64,000 nucleotides of DNA from NCBI GenBank assembly GCA_028875055.1, contig JAPPGG010000031.1, positions 12,372 through 76,371 of the forward strand, read 5' to 3'. The notes under the pieces were generated by a model. It ran no database searches. It worked only from the letters and a program-made list of their open reading frames with translations, and was not told the origin of the DNA. Shown here piece after piece: positions 54,056 to 63,719 of the stretch. The stretch's first letter is position 1, and the number at the start of each line of letters is the position of its first letter. Origin of the DNA: Chloroflexota bacterium (lineage in GTDB: Bacteria; Chloroflexota; Dehalococcoidia; Lucifugimonadales; UBA3495). The position numbers and the translations under genes were made by a program.

Positions 54056-55102
54056 ATGGCCACTGTGGACAACCGGACCGAGTACTGGGAGCGGGCCAAG
54101 GAACAGGGCTTCGATCTTTCCTGGCTCAGCCAGTTGCAGGAGCACGTGGCCGGGGAGGGCGTTGAAGAGCGTTCGGCCAACGACACCGGACGGGTCCAGG
54201 GCTCCATCCCCCGGGGCAACGTGGCCAGGTTTGGCGCCTACACCTTCCGCACCAAGAGCGAGGTGTGGGCTTACAACCTGACCAAGCTCTACGAGGAATT
54301 CATCACCCGCCAGTGGAGTTCGGCAACCGACATTCCCTGGGAGACCATCCAGCCCCTGCCCGACGATATCGAGGCGGCGCAGTGCCAGCTGGCCACCTTC
54401 TTCACCCAGGTTGAATTCATCGCCTCAGACGTGCCCGGGCGCTTCATATCCACCATGTCCCCTGACTACCAGGAGGTGAGGCTGGCGCTCCTGGCCCAGG
54501 TTATGGACGAGTCCCGCCACCTGGACGTTTTCCGCAAGCGGGCCCTGGCCAACGGCGGCGGCCTGATGCGCATGATAGACAGCGTCAGCGACGTGGTTGG
54601 CGGAAGCACGGACAATGCCCGGGAGTTTACCGAGTTTTCCTCCCGTCTCCACATCACCGGCGAGGGCAACGTGCTCACCCTGTTCCGGCTGGGCGAGATG
54701 ATGGCTTACAACGAAGCCGAAAAGGCCATTTACCGCCGCTGCGCCCAGGACGAGGCTCGCCACGTGGCCATCGGCGTTCTGCACCTGCGCTATATGAACG
54801 AATTCGCCCCCGAAAGGCGCGAGGAGATTCACTGCTACCTGGACGAGGGCGAGTCCCGCCAGGCCACCGGCGCCGGCGGCGAGAACCCGGCGGGGCAGAG
54901 CCAGCTTACCAGCCAGGCCCTGGCGTTGCTGCTGGGCGGCGGCAAGGACAAGATGGACGAGGGCCAGAACATCCTTCGGGCCATTCGCCAGCGGCAGACC
55001 AAGGAATACTTCCAGCGGCTCAAGTCTGCCGGCTTTGACGACCGCATTCACAACGGCCGCGTTAACCCGGCCCTGCTGGAGCAGTACAAGGCGGCGGCAT
55101 AA
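54056..55102 (+). CDS. ferritin-like diiron-carboxylate protein (putative oxygenase catalytic subunit)
   Basis: 348 aa. Two E...ExxH half-sites: TQVEF...MDESRH and TGEGN...QDEARH. ATG 54056 lies 8 nt after gaggagg; the ORF-track start is 54023. Confidence 0.75.
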   Translation: MATVDNRTEYWERAKEQGFDLSWLSQLQEHVAGEGVEERSANDTGRVQGSIPRGNVARFGAYTFRTKSEVWAYNLTKLYEEFITRQWSSATDIPWETIQPLPDDIEAAQCQLATFFTQVEFIASDVPGRFISTMSPDYQEVRLALLAQVMDESRHLDVFRKRALANGGGLMRMIDSVSDVVGGSTDNAREFTEFSSRLHITGEGNVLTLFRLGEMMAYNEAEKAIYRRCAQDEARHVAIGVLHLRYMNEFAPERREEIHCYLDEGESRQATGAGGENPAGQSQLTSQALALLLGGGKDKMDEGQNILRAIRQRQTKEYFQRLKSAGFDDRIHNGRVNPALLEQYKAAA

Positions 55103-55203
55103 CCGGAATTGCCATCTGCTGAAAGACCTCCCTCGGGAAATCGCGGGGGGTCTTGCTTTGTATGGCGGTATAATTCCATTCAGCCTGGCAATTGAAGGTA
55201 ATC

Positions 55204-56328
55204 ATGGCCCTCGATGAAGAACAACAGCTCCCCGACAGCACGGCAGAAGGCGACACCGGCCAGGAACCAGAAGCTGCCCAGCCGGCCAGCTCCGAGCCCC
55301 TGGCCTGGATGAACGACACCGTGGAGTGGGGCGTCCGCGCCCGGCCGGGCAGGAAGGGCCTGACCATGCGCGATCTCAACGTCGGCATTTACGGCGAAGT
55401 GCCCGAGTCCAGTTCCGATATGAGCCGCCGTCCCCGGGGCGCCTTCCCCATCCAGGGCATTCCCCGCACCGACCTCTACGCCCTCAGCGCCAAGGCAGAC
55501 CTGTGGGCCGACAACGCCGTGGACCTGTACGAGGAGGCCATCCAGCGGCGGTGGATGGGCCACCTGGAAATAGCCTGGGACGAAATTACCCCGCAGCCCT
55601 ACGAGTGGGAACTGGCCATGCGCCAGCTTTGCACCGAACTGGCCCAGCAGGCCTCCATTGAGACCGACGTAATCGGCCAGTGGCTCCACAAAATGAACTA
55701 CGCCTACCACGAGGTCAAGACCTTCCTGGCCTCGGAGATTTTCGACACGGGTCGCCATTACACCATTTTCCGCAACCGCGCCCTCCATAACGACGGCAGC
55801 CTGGGGCTGGAAAGCGCGGGCCAGTTCAACCGCCGAATGATGGAAACCCGGCCCGGCTGGACCGAAGTTGGGATGTTCCTGTACCTGGTGCGCGGCCCCC
55901 TGACCCTGCTGCTGTACCGCTACGGCGAGGCCTACGCCCGCAACCGGGCCGACAAGTTCCTTTTCCGCAAGTGCATCGAAGACAAGGCCCGCCACATGGC
56001 CTACGGCATGGCCCACGTCAAGTACGCCGTGGAGAACCAGCCAGAAGGCTTTGGAATGGGGTTGGGCAACCTGATGCGGGGCGTCGAGCGAGACCTGGTC
56101 CAGGACCTGAAGGACCCGGTGCTGTGGGAGGCCCTGGCCATTGTCATTGGCGGCAGTGTCGCCAACATCGCCCAGGGGATGGCCGTGGTGGATGACCTCA
56201 AGCGCCGCTACATCGAAGACTACCTGAAGCGTATGCAGTGGGCGGGAGTGAACAAGACTGAAGTCAACGTGTCGCCCGACCTCGCTGCCTTCCTGCGCCG
56301 GGAAGAGACCGGCCCGGTGGGAGGCTGA
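55204..56328 (+). CDS. ferritin-like paralog with degenerate metal ligands (putative structural subunit)
   Basis: 374 aa and alignable by eye to the preceding protein. The corresponding motifs read FDTGRH and EDKARH, so both motif glutamates are replaced. ATG 55204 follows gaagg; a TTG at 55192 is also possible. Confidence 0.7.
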   Translation: MALDEEQQLPDSTAEGDTGQEPEAAQPASSEPLAWMNDTVEWGVRARPGRKGLTMRDLNVGIYGEVPESSSDMSRRPRGAFPIQGIPRTDLYALSAKADLWADNAVDLYEEAIQRRWMGHLEIAWDEITPQPYEWELAMRQLCTELAQQASIETDVIGQWLHKMNYAYHEVKTFLASEIFDTGRHYTIFRNRALHNDGSLGLESAGQFNRRMMETRPGWTEVGMFLYLVRGPLTLLLYRYGEAYARNRADKFLFRKCIEDKARHMAYGMAHVKYAVENQPEGFGMGLGNLMRGVERDLVQDLKDPVLWEALAIVIGGSVANIAQGMAVVDDLKRRYIEDYLKRMQWAGVNKTEVNVSPDLAAFLRREETGPVGG

Positions 56329-56330
56329 CC

Positions 56331-56639
56331 GTGCCCATTTACGAATACCGCTGCGAAGGCTGCGGCGGCGTGAACAGCGTTTACCTGCGTTCCTACACTT
56401 CCGCCGACCCGACTGAGTGCAAGCTTTGCGGCGCCGATTCCCTTTACCGCATCATTTCCCGGGTGGCCTACATCCGCTCGGAAATGGACAAGCTGGAGCA
56501 GCTGGACCCCAAGTACCACAAGATGGTGGACGAGGCCATTGGCCGGGCCCCGGCCAACTCTGACCCGGATTACCACATGGACCGCATGGTGCCCTTCAGC
56601 CAGGCCAAAGAGAAGGGTGAGCCTTACTTCAAGGAGTAA
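56331..56639 (+). CDS. FmdB-family zinc-ribbon protein (CxxC...CxxC)
   Basis: MPIYEYRCEGCGG...CKLCGA is the canonical FmdB/CxxC_CxxC_SSSS N-terminus. The GTG start is 2 nt after the upstream stop. Confidence 0.8.
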   Translation: MPIYEYRCEGCGGVNSVYLRSYTSADPTECKLCGADSLYRIISRVAYIRSEMDKLEQLDPKYHKMVDEAIGRAPANSDPDYHMDRMVPFSQAKEKGEPYFKE

Positions 56640-56736
56640 GACGGTACCTCGGAAGCCCCTTGCCCTTCTACCGGGGAAGGCCGGGCGGAAGTATCAAGCG
56701 TCAATGCCAACCAGATAAACCACCAGGAGACATTCG

Positions 56737-57186
56737 ATGAGCGACCCGGTTTCCACCGCCCTCACTTTTCCATCGGTAGAATGGTTCCAGGCCCTGCAGG
56801 AACTGGTCAACAGCGACGAGGAGTTCCGGCGGCTGGGCAATGTTGACGCGATAATGGGGGTAAAGGTCGGCGACAAGGTTTACGTGATCACCTTCGAGGC
56901 CTTCGAATGCACCGAGGTTAAGGAGGGCACCGAATATGACCTGATTGACGCCGACTTCTTCCTGGAAATGACGGTGGAGCAGTGGCAGGACCTGGTAGCC
57001 AACACCAGGGAGAACAACGGCGCCGACCTGAACCACACCCTCAACACCCTGGACCTGACCATCGAGGGCGGCATTTCCGACAACGCCACGGGCGACCAGC
57101 TGCGCGCCGACATCTTCTTCCGGGTCAACCAGAGTCTCCAGCACTTCTTCGACAGTTCCGCCAGGCTGAATACCGTCTTCGAGTAG
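56737..57186 (+). CDS. SCP2 sterol/lipid-carrier-like domain protein
   Basis: 149 aa. FPSVEWFQALQELVNSDEEFRRLG ... FFLEMTVEQWQDLV ... LNTLDLTIEG resembles the SCP2/alkyl-sulfatase C-terminal fold pattern. Confidence 0.65.
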   Translation: MSDPVSTALTFPSVEWFQALQELVNSDEEFRRLGNVDAIMGVKVGDKVYVITFEAFECTEVKEGTEYDLIDADFFLEMTVEQWQDLVANTRENNGADLNHTLNTLDLTIEGGISDNATGDQLRADIFFRVNQSLQHFFDSSARLNTVFE

Positions 57187-57704
57187 CGAGCTCCCGGAAG
57201 GGAATCCGTTGAGCCGGCCGAAGCACGACTGCCGGGCCGTATTCATCGCGATACCCAACCAGGTTTTGTAGGGGCCAGGGTGGGAAGCCCTGGCGCACTT
57301 TCTCGCCAACCACCATTGCCCCAGCACCTCTACTTGGCGGGCGGGCCGTTGGCGCCTGGCGCACTCGCCGCACCGTTAACTGGGCCAACGCGCACTCCGC
57401 CATTATCGAGGGACTGCCGGACATCGTCGGCAGCGGCGCTGCTTCCTGGCCACTCGAATTTACGACGTAATCCTGCCGCTGGACCATCGCGCCAGCCGGG
57501 CTTTAGCCGCCGTCAAGAGCCCAGAGCGACAGTCAGTCAAGGCGCGATTGCCCTGGGGTTCTCGCGTTAACTTTGCGGGTTTCGCCTGGCGGCCTGCTTC
57601 GGCGGGTTGCGCCGTGGGGGAACCACCGGGGATGGCAGCCCAGGGCGGCAGCGATACCGTTACCGGCAGCTAACGGGGGCAGACCCCGCAGCAATGACAG
57701 CCTG

Positions 57705-58037
57705 TCAGTCAGTCAGCACGACGTAAACCGCGGAAGACGGTGAAAGGTCGTTGTGGGTATGGCCCTTGCCACTGACGTCCTCCATCAGGCGGACGTCGCC
57801 GGCCCGCAGGACTATCTTGGAGCCGTCGCTGGCCCCGATTTCCACCTCGCCGGACATGTGGATGATCAGCCGCCGCTCGGGCAGGGGATGAAAGTCCCGG
57901 TGCCGCGACCCGTCAAACTCCTGAACCTGCACCGCTGATACGTTGGTCAGCGATCCCAGTTCCGGGTGGTCTGCCAGGTTCATATCCTCAATGTGGCTTT
58001 CGCCGTCCGCATCGGTGAATACCCGGTACATTGCCAT
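57705..58037 (-). CDS. cupin-domain protein
   Basis: 110 aa. FHPLPERRLIIHMSGEVEI ... LRAGDVRLMED..GKGH: small single-domain cupin pattern. Confidence 0.65.
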   Translation of the reverse strand: MAMYRVFTDADGESHIEDMNLADHPELGSLTNVSAVQVQEFDGSRHRDFHPLPERRLIIHMSGEVEIGASDGSKIVLRAGDVRLMEDVSGKGHTHNDLSPSSAVYVVLTD

Positions 58038-58185
58038 AATCTTGCCTCCTGTATATCGCGGGTGTGGGATAAGCTGTTTACTCTTGCTGGTAGGTGGGAA
58101 TTAGCGCGCTTTGCTGAAGCCAAAGCGCCCTCACTCCATCCTGACCCTCTTCCGTCGTAGGTGGAAGGGACTCTTGAATTGACTT

Positions 58186-59691
58186 CTACGAACTTCTGCC
58201 CTCCGGGTTTACCTGGGGGTTGCGGCGGGGCGGCGGGGCCACCTCCTGCAGGCTGCCCAGGTCCAGGGGTGGCAAATCGACCTGGATAAACTGGTGAACG
58301 CCATTGGCCAGTTCGGTGTACCTTTCGAACCAGGCCGCCAGGCGCCGCCGCCACGCCTCCAGGCCGCCGCTGGCATGCATCTCAAACACCGCCTCCCTGC
58401 CGTCCAGCCCGGAGGACACCTGGTCCCACGCCAGTTGCAGGAGGGCCGAACGCTGCATAGCCGTGTAGCCGCCCCCGCCGAAAGCGTCTTCCAATTCTGC
58501 GGCCATCTGCGGGTCTTCAAAGTCCGTGTCGGCCGGGGCGTTTACCAGGGACGAACCTGGCAGGCCGCGCAGGATCTCGCCCATGCGCTGGCGCACCCGT
58601 AGGGTGTTGATGCCGGCAGAGGCGACGTGAAGCTGGTTGGGCAGGGCGTGGCCGCCGGCCGTGGTCTCCGGGTCCAGTTCCGCCGCCGCCATGCAGGTGC
58701 GGGTGGTCTGGACGTTGACGGTCATCTCCACCAGTTGCTCGATGGTTGCAGGGTTCTCCTTAAGGCCCATGACTTCGGCAAGCGCCAGCCCCAGGCCCAG
58801 GGACAGTTCCGCCTTGGCCAGCCAGCCGTAGCTGTGGTGCCAGAGCAGCCAGGCAACCAGGGAGTGGCGGGTGTTCCGGTTGATCGGCTCCCCGGTGAAA
58901 ACCCGGGAGCGGGGAATGAATACATCGTCCAGCCACACCATGGAGTCCAGCTCATCAAACCGGCTGCTCAAGGGCGACAGGAAGGGGTTACGGTGCCGGG
59001 CGGCGATGCGGCGGGACACTACCCTCAGGCCGGGGGCGTTCACCGGCACGATGAACCACAGGTACCGCCCGCTGCCGGGGGGCAGCTCGTTCCTGCTGGT
59101 GATCAGCAGGTCCTCGGCAAAGGGAGTGCTGGTGTGCATCTGGACCTTGCCCGAAATCACGATGCCGTCAGCGGTTTCGCTGACCAGGCGCAGGGCCACC
59201 CGTTCGTTCTCGTCCTGGCGCATGCGGGCGCCGATCAGCGGACCACCCCCGGCGAAGGTGAGAAACCGTCCGGTATTGTGGAGGGACGCCAGGTAACCCT
59301 CCGCCGCCTCGATGTCCTCGGAAGAATGGTCCAGGCGCTTCAGGACGTTGACCATGCCCAGGGCAATCAGCGCGCCGTAGCCTGGTGTGTGGGTCATATT
59401 GCCGCCAGTGGCAAAATGGACGGCGCTGATGGCTTTTCCCAGCCGCCTCAGGTCATCGGAGGTCCCGGGCGGTGTAAAGGCCAGGGGGACCTGCTGGCGG
59501 TTTGAGTCCGGTGGCGTCAGCAGGGTATCCTGCCATTGGGAGTCGAAGTGGCGGTCGTACCAGGCAACGTACTCATTGACCATGGCCGACGTGGCAGGGT
59601 GGGTCGTGACGTCGGCTACGGCGCCTTCGCCCACCACCCATACGTTGCGCCCGTCGCGCAGACTTTCCTTGTATTCAGCCCCTGTCCTCAT
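58186..59691 (-). CDS. HpaB-family (group D) flavin-dependent monooxygenase oxygenase component
   Basis: 501 aa. MRTGAEYKESLRDGRNVWVVGE..V.DVTTHPA N-terminus typical of 4-hydroxyphenylacetate 3-monooxygenase / 4-hydroxybutyryl-CoA dehydratase family proteins. It lacks the Cys cluster expected for the dehydratase. Confidence 0.85.
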   Translation of the reverse strand: MRTGAEYKESLRDGRNVWVVGEGAVADVTTHPATSAMVNEYVAWYDRHFDSQWQDTLLTPPDSNRQQVPLAFTPPGTSDDLRRLGKAISAVHFATGGNMTHTPGYGALIALGMVNVLKRLDHSSEDIEAAEGYLASLHNTGRFLTFAGGGPLIGARMRQDENERVALRLVSETADGIVISGKVQMHTSTPFAEDLLITSRNELPPGSGRYLWFIVPVNAPGLRVVSRRIAARHRNPFLSPLSSRFDELDSMVWLDDVFIPRSRVFTGEPINRNTRHSLVAWLLWHHSYGWLAKAELSLGLGLALAEVMGLKENPATIEQLVEMTVNVQTTRTCMAAAELDPETTAGGHALPNQLHVASAGINTLRVRQRMGEILRGLPGSSLVNAPADTDFEDPQMAAELEDAFGGGGYTAMQRSALLQLAWDQVSSGLDGREAVFEMHASGGLEAWRRRLAAWFERYTELANGVHQFIQVDLPPLDLGSLQEVAPPPRRNPQVNPEGRSS

Positions 59692-60055
59692 GTGTCACTG
59701 TCCGATGGATGGTGCGGTGGGTCCTTGACTCCGCCTTCCCGGGCGGGACGCCATTCCTGCTCTTCAAGCCCCGCCGTGCGCCGACAGGGCCCAAGCTGCG
59801 GGACACCCAGGATTCTACTGCCTAGGTTGCCCTATTATGACATACCTTCCGTCGATGGGGCCGCCCCTGCTGTCGCAACCCTCCTTGAAAGGGTCCGCGC
59901 CGGTAATCAGCATCAGGGATAATACAACAAGGAGGGCAGGACGAGGGCCGGCCCTTTTCCCCGCCGGCCTGCGGGCCTTGGGGGGCCATACTTGGGACAG
60001 CGTCTGCCTGCCCCCCTGCCGGAGCGCAGAGTGGGGGCAGGTACAAAAGGCTATA

Positions 60056-60084
60056 TTGTCGAGACTTGCACCGGTCGTTATACT
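60056..60084 (+). promoter_or_regulatory. possible sigma70-type promoter (TTGTCG-17-TATACT)
   Basis: ttgtcg, a 17-nt spacer, then tatact, 37 nt upstream of ATG 60121. Confidence 0.3.
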
Positions 60085-60120
60085 CGCGTTAGTTCGGGAC
60101 CATCAGCAGGAGGAACTTTC

Positions 60121-60675
60121 ATGCCAAGACTGACCCCAATAACCAGGCGAGAGCAGGTGAGCGGAGACGCATTGGCAGCCTTCGACGCCATCATAGAGTC
60201 CAGGAACTCTATCAACGGGCCCCATTCGATGATGATGTATGCGCCGGAAGTTGCCCGTTGTTCCACGGCCCTCAGCGATGCCCTGCGCTTCGGTGGCAAC
60301 CTGTCCGATCACGACACTGAATTGGCCATAATTACCGCCGCCCGTCACTGGGATTGCGACTATGTATGGGCCTCTCATTCCGCCGCGGCGCTGCGGGCGG
60401 GGGCCCGGCCAGAGGCGGTGGATATAATCGCCAGGGGGAGCAGCCTGGAGGGTCTCACAAAAGAAGAGGCGACTATCGTGCGTTACGGGCGGGAGCTGAT
60501 GGACGGCCATAAGGTCTCCCAGGAGACTTTTGATGCGGCCCTGGCGCAATTCGGCGAGGCCAACACCATCGTCCTGGGAGCGCTGATGGGCTACTACTCG
60601 TTCATCAGCTGCACCTTGCTGGGCACGGACATGCGGCCGGCCGAAGGTGCCCCGGTTTTGCCGGAGCGGGGATAG
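60121..60675 (+). CDS. carboxymuconolactone decarboxylase (AhpD-like) family protein
   Basis: 184 aa. TELAIITAARHWDCDYVWASH is the CMD-family signature. ATG 60121 follows aggagga; the ORF-track start is 59992. Confidence 0.8.
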   Translation: MPRLTPITRREQVSGDALAAFDAIIESRNSINGPHSMMMYAPEVARCSTALSDALRFGGNLSDHDTELAIITAARHWDCDYVWASHSAAALRAGARPEAVDIIARGSSLEGLTKEEATIVRYGRELMDGHKVSQETFDAALAQFGEANTIVLGALMGYYSFISCTLLGTDMRPAEGAPVLPERG

Positions 60676-60709
60676 CGGATATAGATCGAAACACGAAGGA
60701 GGCAATCAG

Positions 60710-61675
60710 ATGGCCACCTGGAAAGTCGCTTATTTCAGCGGCGTCGGAGGACGCCCTTCCACCATGCTTGAGCAGGCGCCCGACGACATTGAGGTAACGG
60801 TGGTGGACCCGGCCCTGTCGGATTCGGAGAAAATCGAGCTCTGCCGCGACGCCGACGCCCTTATCACCAGCGACGTCAGCACCAGCGTGCTGCAGGAATG
60901 CCCCCGGGTAAAGCTGATCCAGACCCTGAGCGCCGGCTATGACCGGCTGGACCTGGAGGCCATCCTGGAAATGGGCATACCCGTGGCCAACAACGGCGGC
61001 GCCAACGCCATTTCGGTGTCGGAGCAGACCCTCGCCATGATGATCGGCATCAACCGGAACCTGATGGCCCAGTGGGAAAGCACCACCCGGCGGCGGGAGT
61101 GGCGAGGCAGCCTCTACCAGACCGACCTGTCGGAAGTTACCGACAAGACGGTGGGCATCGTGGGGTTGGGACGCATAGGCCGGCAGGTGGCCAAGCGGCT
61201 GACCGGGTTCGATACGCGGACCATCTATTACGACGTGGAGGATATTCCGGAGGATGTGCAGCGCGAGGTCAAGGCGTCTCCGGTACCCTTTGACGAATTG
61301 CTGGAGACCTCCGACATCGTCAGCCTCCATGTTCCCCTCACCCGGCGAACCCGGGGCATGATGTCGGACCGGGAATTTGGCATGATGAAGGAGACTGCCT
61401 TCCTCATTAACCTCTGCCGCGGGCCGGTGGTGGATGAGGCCGCGCTGTATCGCGCCCTGACCGAGGGAAAAATCGCAGGCGCCGGAGTGGACGTTCTGGA
61501 AGTGGAGCCCACGCCCGCCGACAATCCCCTGTTCGAACTGGACAACGTGATTATCACCCCGCACATGGCCGGTCAAAGCCAGGAGACTGCCCTGCGGGCA
61601 GCGCACTTTGCCTACGGCAACATTCTCCGCGTGCTGTCGGGACAGGAGGCCGAGTCCCTGGTAACCCCGGAATAG
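60710..61675 (+). CDS. D-isomer-specific 2-hydroxyacid dehydrogenase family protein
   Basis: 321 aa. NAD-binding site GIVGLGRIGRQVA, catalytic R/E/H context (NLCRGPVVDE; ITPHMAG). ATG 60710 follows aaggagg. Confidence 0.9.
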   Translation: MATWKVAYFSGVGGRPSTMLEQAPDDIEVTVVDPALSDSEKIELCRDADALITSDVSTSVLQECPRVKLIQTLSAGYDRLDLEAILEMGIPVANNGGANAISVSEQTLAMMIGINRNLMAQWESTTRRREWRGSLYQTDLSEVTDKTVGIVGLGRIGRQVAKRLTGFDTRTIYYDVEDIPEDVQREVKASPVPFDELLETSDIVSLHVPLTRRTRGMMSDREFGMMKETAFLINLCRGPVVDEAALYRALTEGKIAGAGVDVLEVEPTPADNPLFELDNVIITPHMAGQSQETALRAAHFAYGNILRVLSGQEAESLVTPE

Positions 61676-61828
61676 CCCGCTACAGTCTGCGCTATTGCGG
61701 GCCGTACATATCGGTTGCAACGGGACCGCCAGGCCAGGCCGAAAATAGGCCAGGTGGAACGGTCCCGCTACCCGGACCGGGCGCGGACGGGCAAAGATAA
61801 CGCCCATTTGCAAACTGAATAAAAGTGA

Positions 61829-61854
61829 CAACCGCCGTCGCGTGACGGCGGTTG
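61829..61854. terminator. bidirectional intrinsic terminator (11-bp stem) between the dehydrogenase gene and tRNA-Gly
   Basis: caaccgccgtc-gcgt-gacggcggttg. It is followed by cattt on the plus strand and by cacttttatt on the minus strand. Confidence 0.65.
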
Positions 61855-61876
61855 CATTTCCGGGAGCAGGGTGTAT

Positions 61877-61950
61877 TGGAGCGGGTGATGGGAATCGAAC
61901 CCACGTAGCTAGCTTGGAAGGCTAGAGCTCTACCACTGAGCTACACCCGC
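61877..61950 (-). tRNA. tRNA-Gly (anticodon UCC), CCA encoded
   Basis: The reverse complement is GCGGGTG TA GCTC AGTGGTA GAGC T CTAGC CTTCCAA GCTAG CTAC GTGGG TTCGATT CCCAT CACCCGC T CCA. It folds as a complete cloverleaf. Confidence 0.93.
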
Positions 61951-62032
61951 TGGCGGGGACCGGGTTGCCCCGGTCAAACCCCATTATAAACCTGAGGGGC
62001 CCCTTTCCACCAGAGTCCGCCGTTGCTGGGAA

Positions 62033-62223
62033 GGGCAATCGCGCTTTAATTGAATGTCATGCTGAGCGAAGCCGAAGCATCTGAAATCTATCTCTGGAAC
62101 CACCTTCACAACCCGAAATCGGGCTGACGATGAGGACTTCAGGCCCTTCGGCAAGCTCAGGGCGACATGACTCTTGCCCACCGAATTGTGCCCCTGTAGT
62201 CTGAATCTATAACACGATTGCCC
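62033..62223 (+). repeat. MITE-like dispersed element, copy C
   Basis: 191 bp bounded by gggcaatcg ... cgattgccc. It is roughly 90 percent identical by eye to copy B and lies about 80 bp from tRNA-Gly. Confidence 0.85.
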
Positions 62224-62329
62224 TGCTATTCGCCGCCGTTCGACAGTTCCCGCCCGGCTGATTATCATAGCGGCAACAGCCGGCTTGCCAGTCCCTTACC
62301 CCGACTCAGCGTACTGAAAGGAGGCGCCC

Positions 62330-63151
62330 ATGCCCGAAGCGCCGGACCTGGAAGTAATCAAGGACTATCTGAATAAGCGGGCGCAAGGCTGTACCGTGGC
62401 CACTGCCCAGGTGCTGCGCCCCACCGTCCTGAGGCCCATGGCCGGGGATTTCGCCGCGGACTTGCCAGGCAGGGAACTGGGCCGGTTCCGGCGGGAAGGC
62501 AAGTTCCTCATCAGCCAGTTGTCGGGTGACCGGTGGCTGGCCATCAATCCCATGCTGACCGGCGCCATCCAGCACTGCGAGCCAAAGGCTCGGGTGTACA
62601 AGCGGACGTCCCTGTTGATGGGCCTGGATAACGGCATGGAGTTGCGGTACCTGGACGACCGGCAGATGGGCATGGTCTATTACGTGGACACGGAGCAGCT
62701 AGAGGGAATTTACCGCCTGGAGAAGCAGGGTACGGACGTGCTGGCCGACCTCACCCTGGAAGAGTTCAAGGCAGGCCTGAAGAAGTTTCGAGGCGAGGTT
62801 AAGGGGGTTCTGACCCGGGGCAGTTTCATTTCAGGCATCGGCAACGCCTACTCCGATGAAATCCTTTTTGCCGCCGGAATTTCTCCCTTCCGAAAGGTGG
62901 GAACCCTGAAGGAGGAGGAGCTGGCCCGCCTGCACCTGCAATGCCGGGCGGTGGTGGAAGACGCCATAGACGTGCTGCGGGAGCGGATGGGCGAAAACAT
63001 CCACGTCAAGATTCGCGACTTCCTGAAGGTGCACGGCAAGGGCGGGGAACCCTGCCCCGTCTGCGGCGGCAACATCTCCCAGTTGAACGCCAACCAGCGC
63101 CTGACCAACTTCTGCCGTCGCTGCCAGCCGGGAATGCTGATCAGGAATTAG
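62330..63151 (+). CDS. Fpg/Nei-family DNA glycosylase/AP lyase
   Basis: 273 aa. N-terminal MPEAPDLE (Pro2/Glu3), an H2TH region (GIGNAYSDEILF), and a C-terminal zinc finger CPVCGG...CRRCQ. Confidence 0.85.
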   Translation: MPEAPDLEVIKDYLNKRAQGCTVATAQVLRPTVLRPMAGDFAADLPGRELGRFRREGKFLISQLSGDRWLAINPMLTGAIQHCEPKARVYKRTSLLMGLDNGMELRYLDDRQMGMVYYVDTEQLEGIYRLEKQGTDVLADLTLEEFKAGLKKFRGEVKGVLTRGSFISGIGNAYSDEILFAAGISPFRKVGTLKEEELARLHLQCRAVVEDAIDVLRERMGENIHVKIRDFLKVHGKGGEPCPVCGGNISQLNANQRLTNFCRRCQPGMLIRN

Positions 63152-63354
63152 GGCCGGGCAGTGGTTTTACAGTGGTCGAACGGGCGGCCATCAGATGGGC
63201 TCGGGCAAAGGGGCAGGGGCCCCGGCGCAGGCACAAAACATTCCGCCCAGCCTGAAACTGTCTGACCCGGTTGGCGGGTCGGCCGGACAGTTTCGGGACG
63301 AGCGGAATTCTCCTGTTCGGGAATGGAAGGGTTCCGGAAGGGGCGGGCCGTTCC

Positions 63355-63630
63355 CTATCCCCCGGCTACCGCCGGCACAATGCTGATCTCGTCGCCCGCC
63401 GCGGCCGAGGTGTTGAGGCCGTCCAGGAAGCGTACATCTTCACCGTTGAGATAGATGTTCACGAAGTAGCGCAGTTCCCCGTTCTCGTCGATCAATCGTT
63501 CCTTGATGCCGGGGTACGAGGCTTCCATGCTTTCGATCATGGCGGACAGGTTAGACTCTTCCATTTCCACCTTGTCCTGGCCATTGGTCATGCGGCGCAG
63601 GGGAGTGGGAATACGAACCGTAACAGGCAT
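63355..63630 (-). CDS. MoaD/ThiS-family ubiquitin-like sulfur-carrier protein
   Basis: 91 aa ending ...GDEISIVPAVAGG (C-terminal Gly-Gly). Confidence 0.8.
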   Translation of the reverse strand: MPVTVRIPTPLRRMTNGQDKVEMEESNLSAMIESMEASYPGIKERLIDENGELRYFVNIYLNGEDVRFLDGLNTSAAAGDEISIVPAVAGG

Positions 63631-63719
63631 TTGGGGGCTTCCTCCTAGTCAATCGCGAATTGGCAGTTACGAACTGTGTTCCTGATTCTCGGGGGCACGG
63701 CGTTGGGTCAAGTAGCCGG

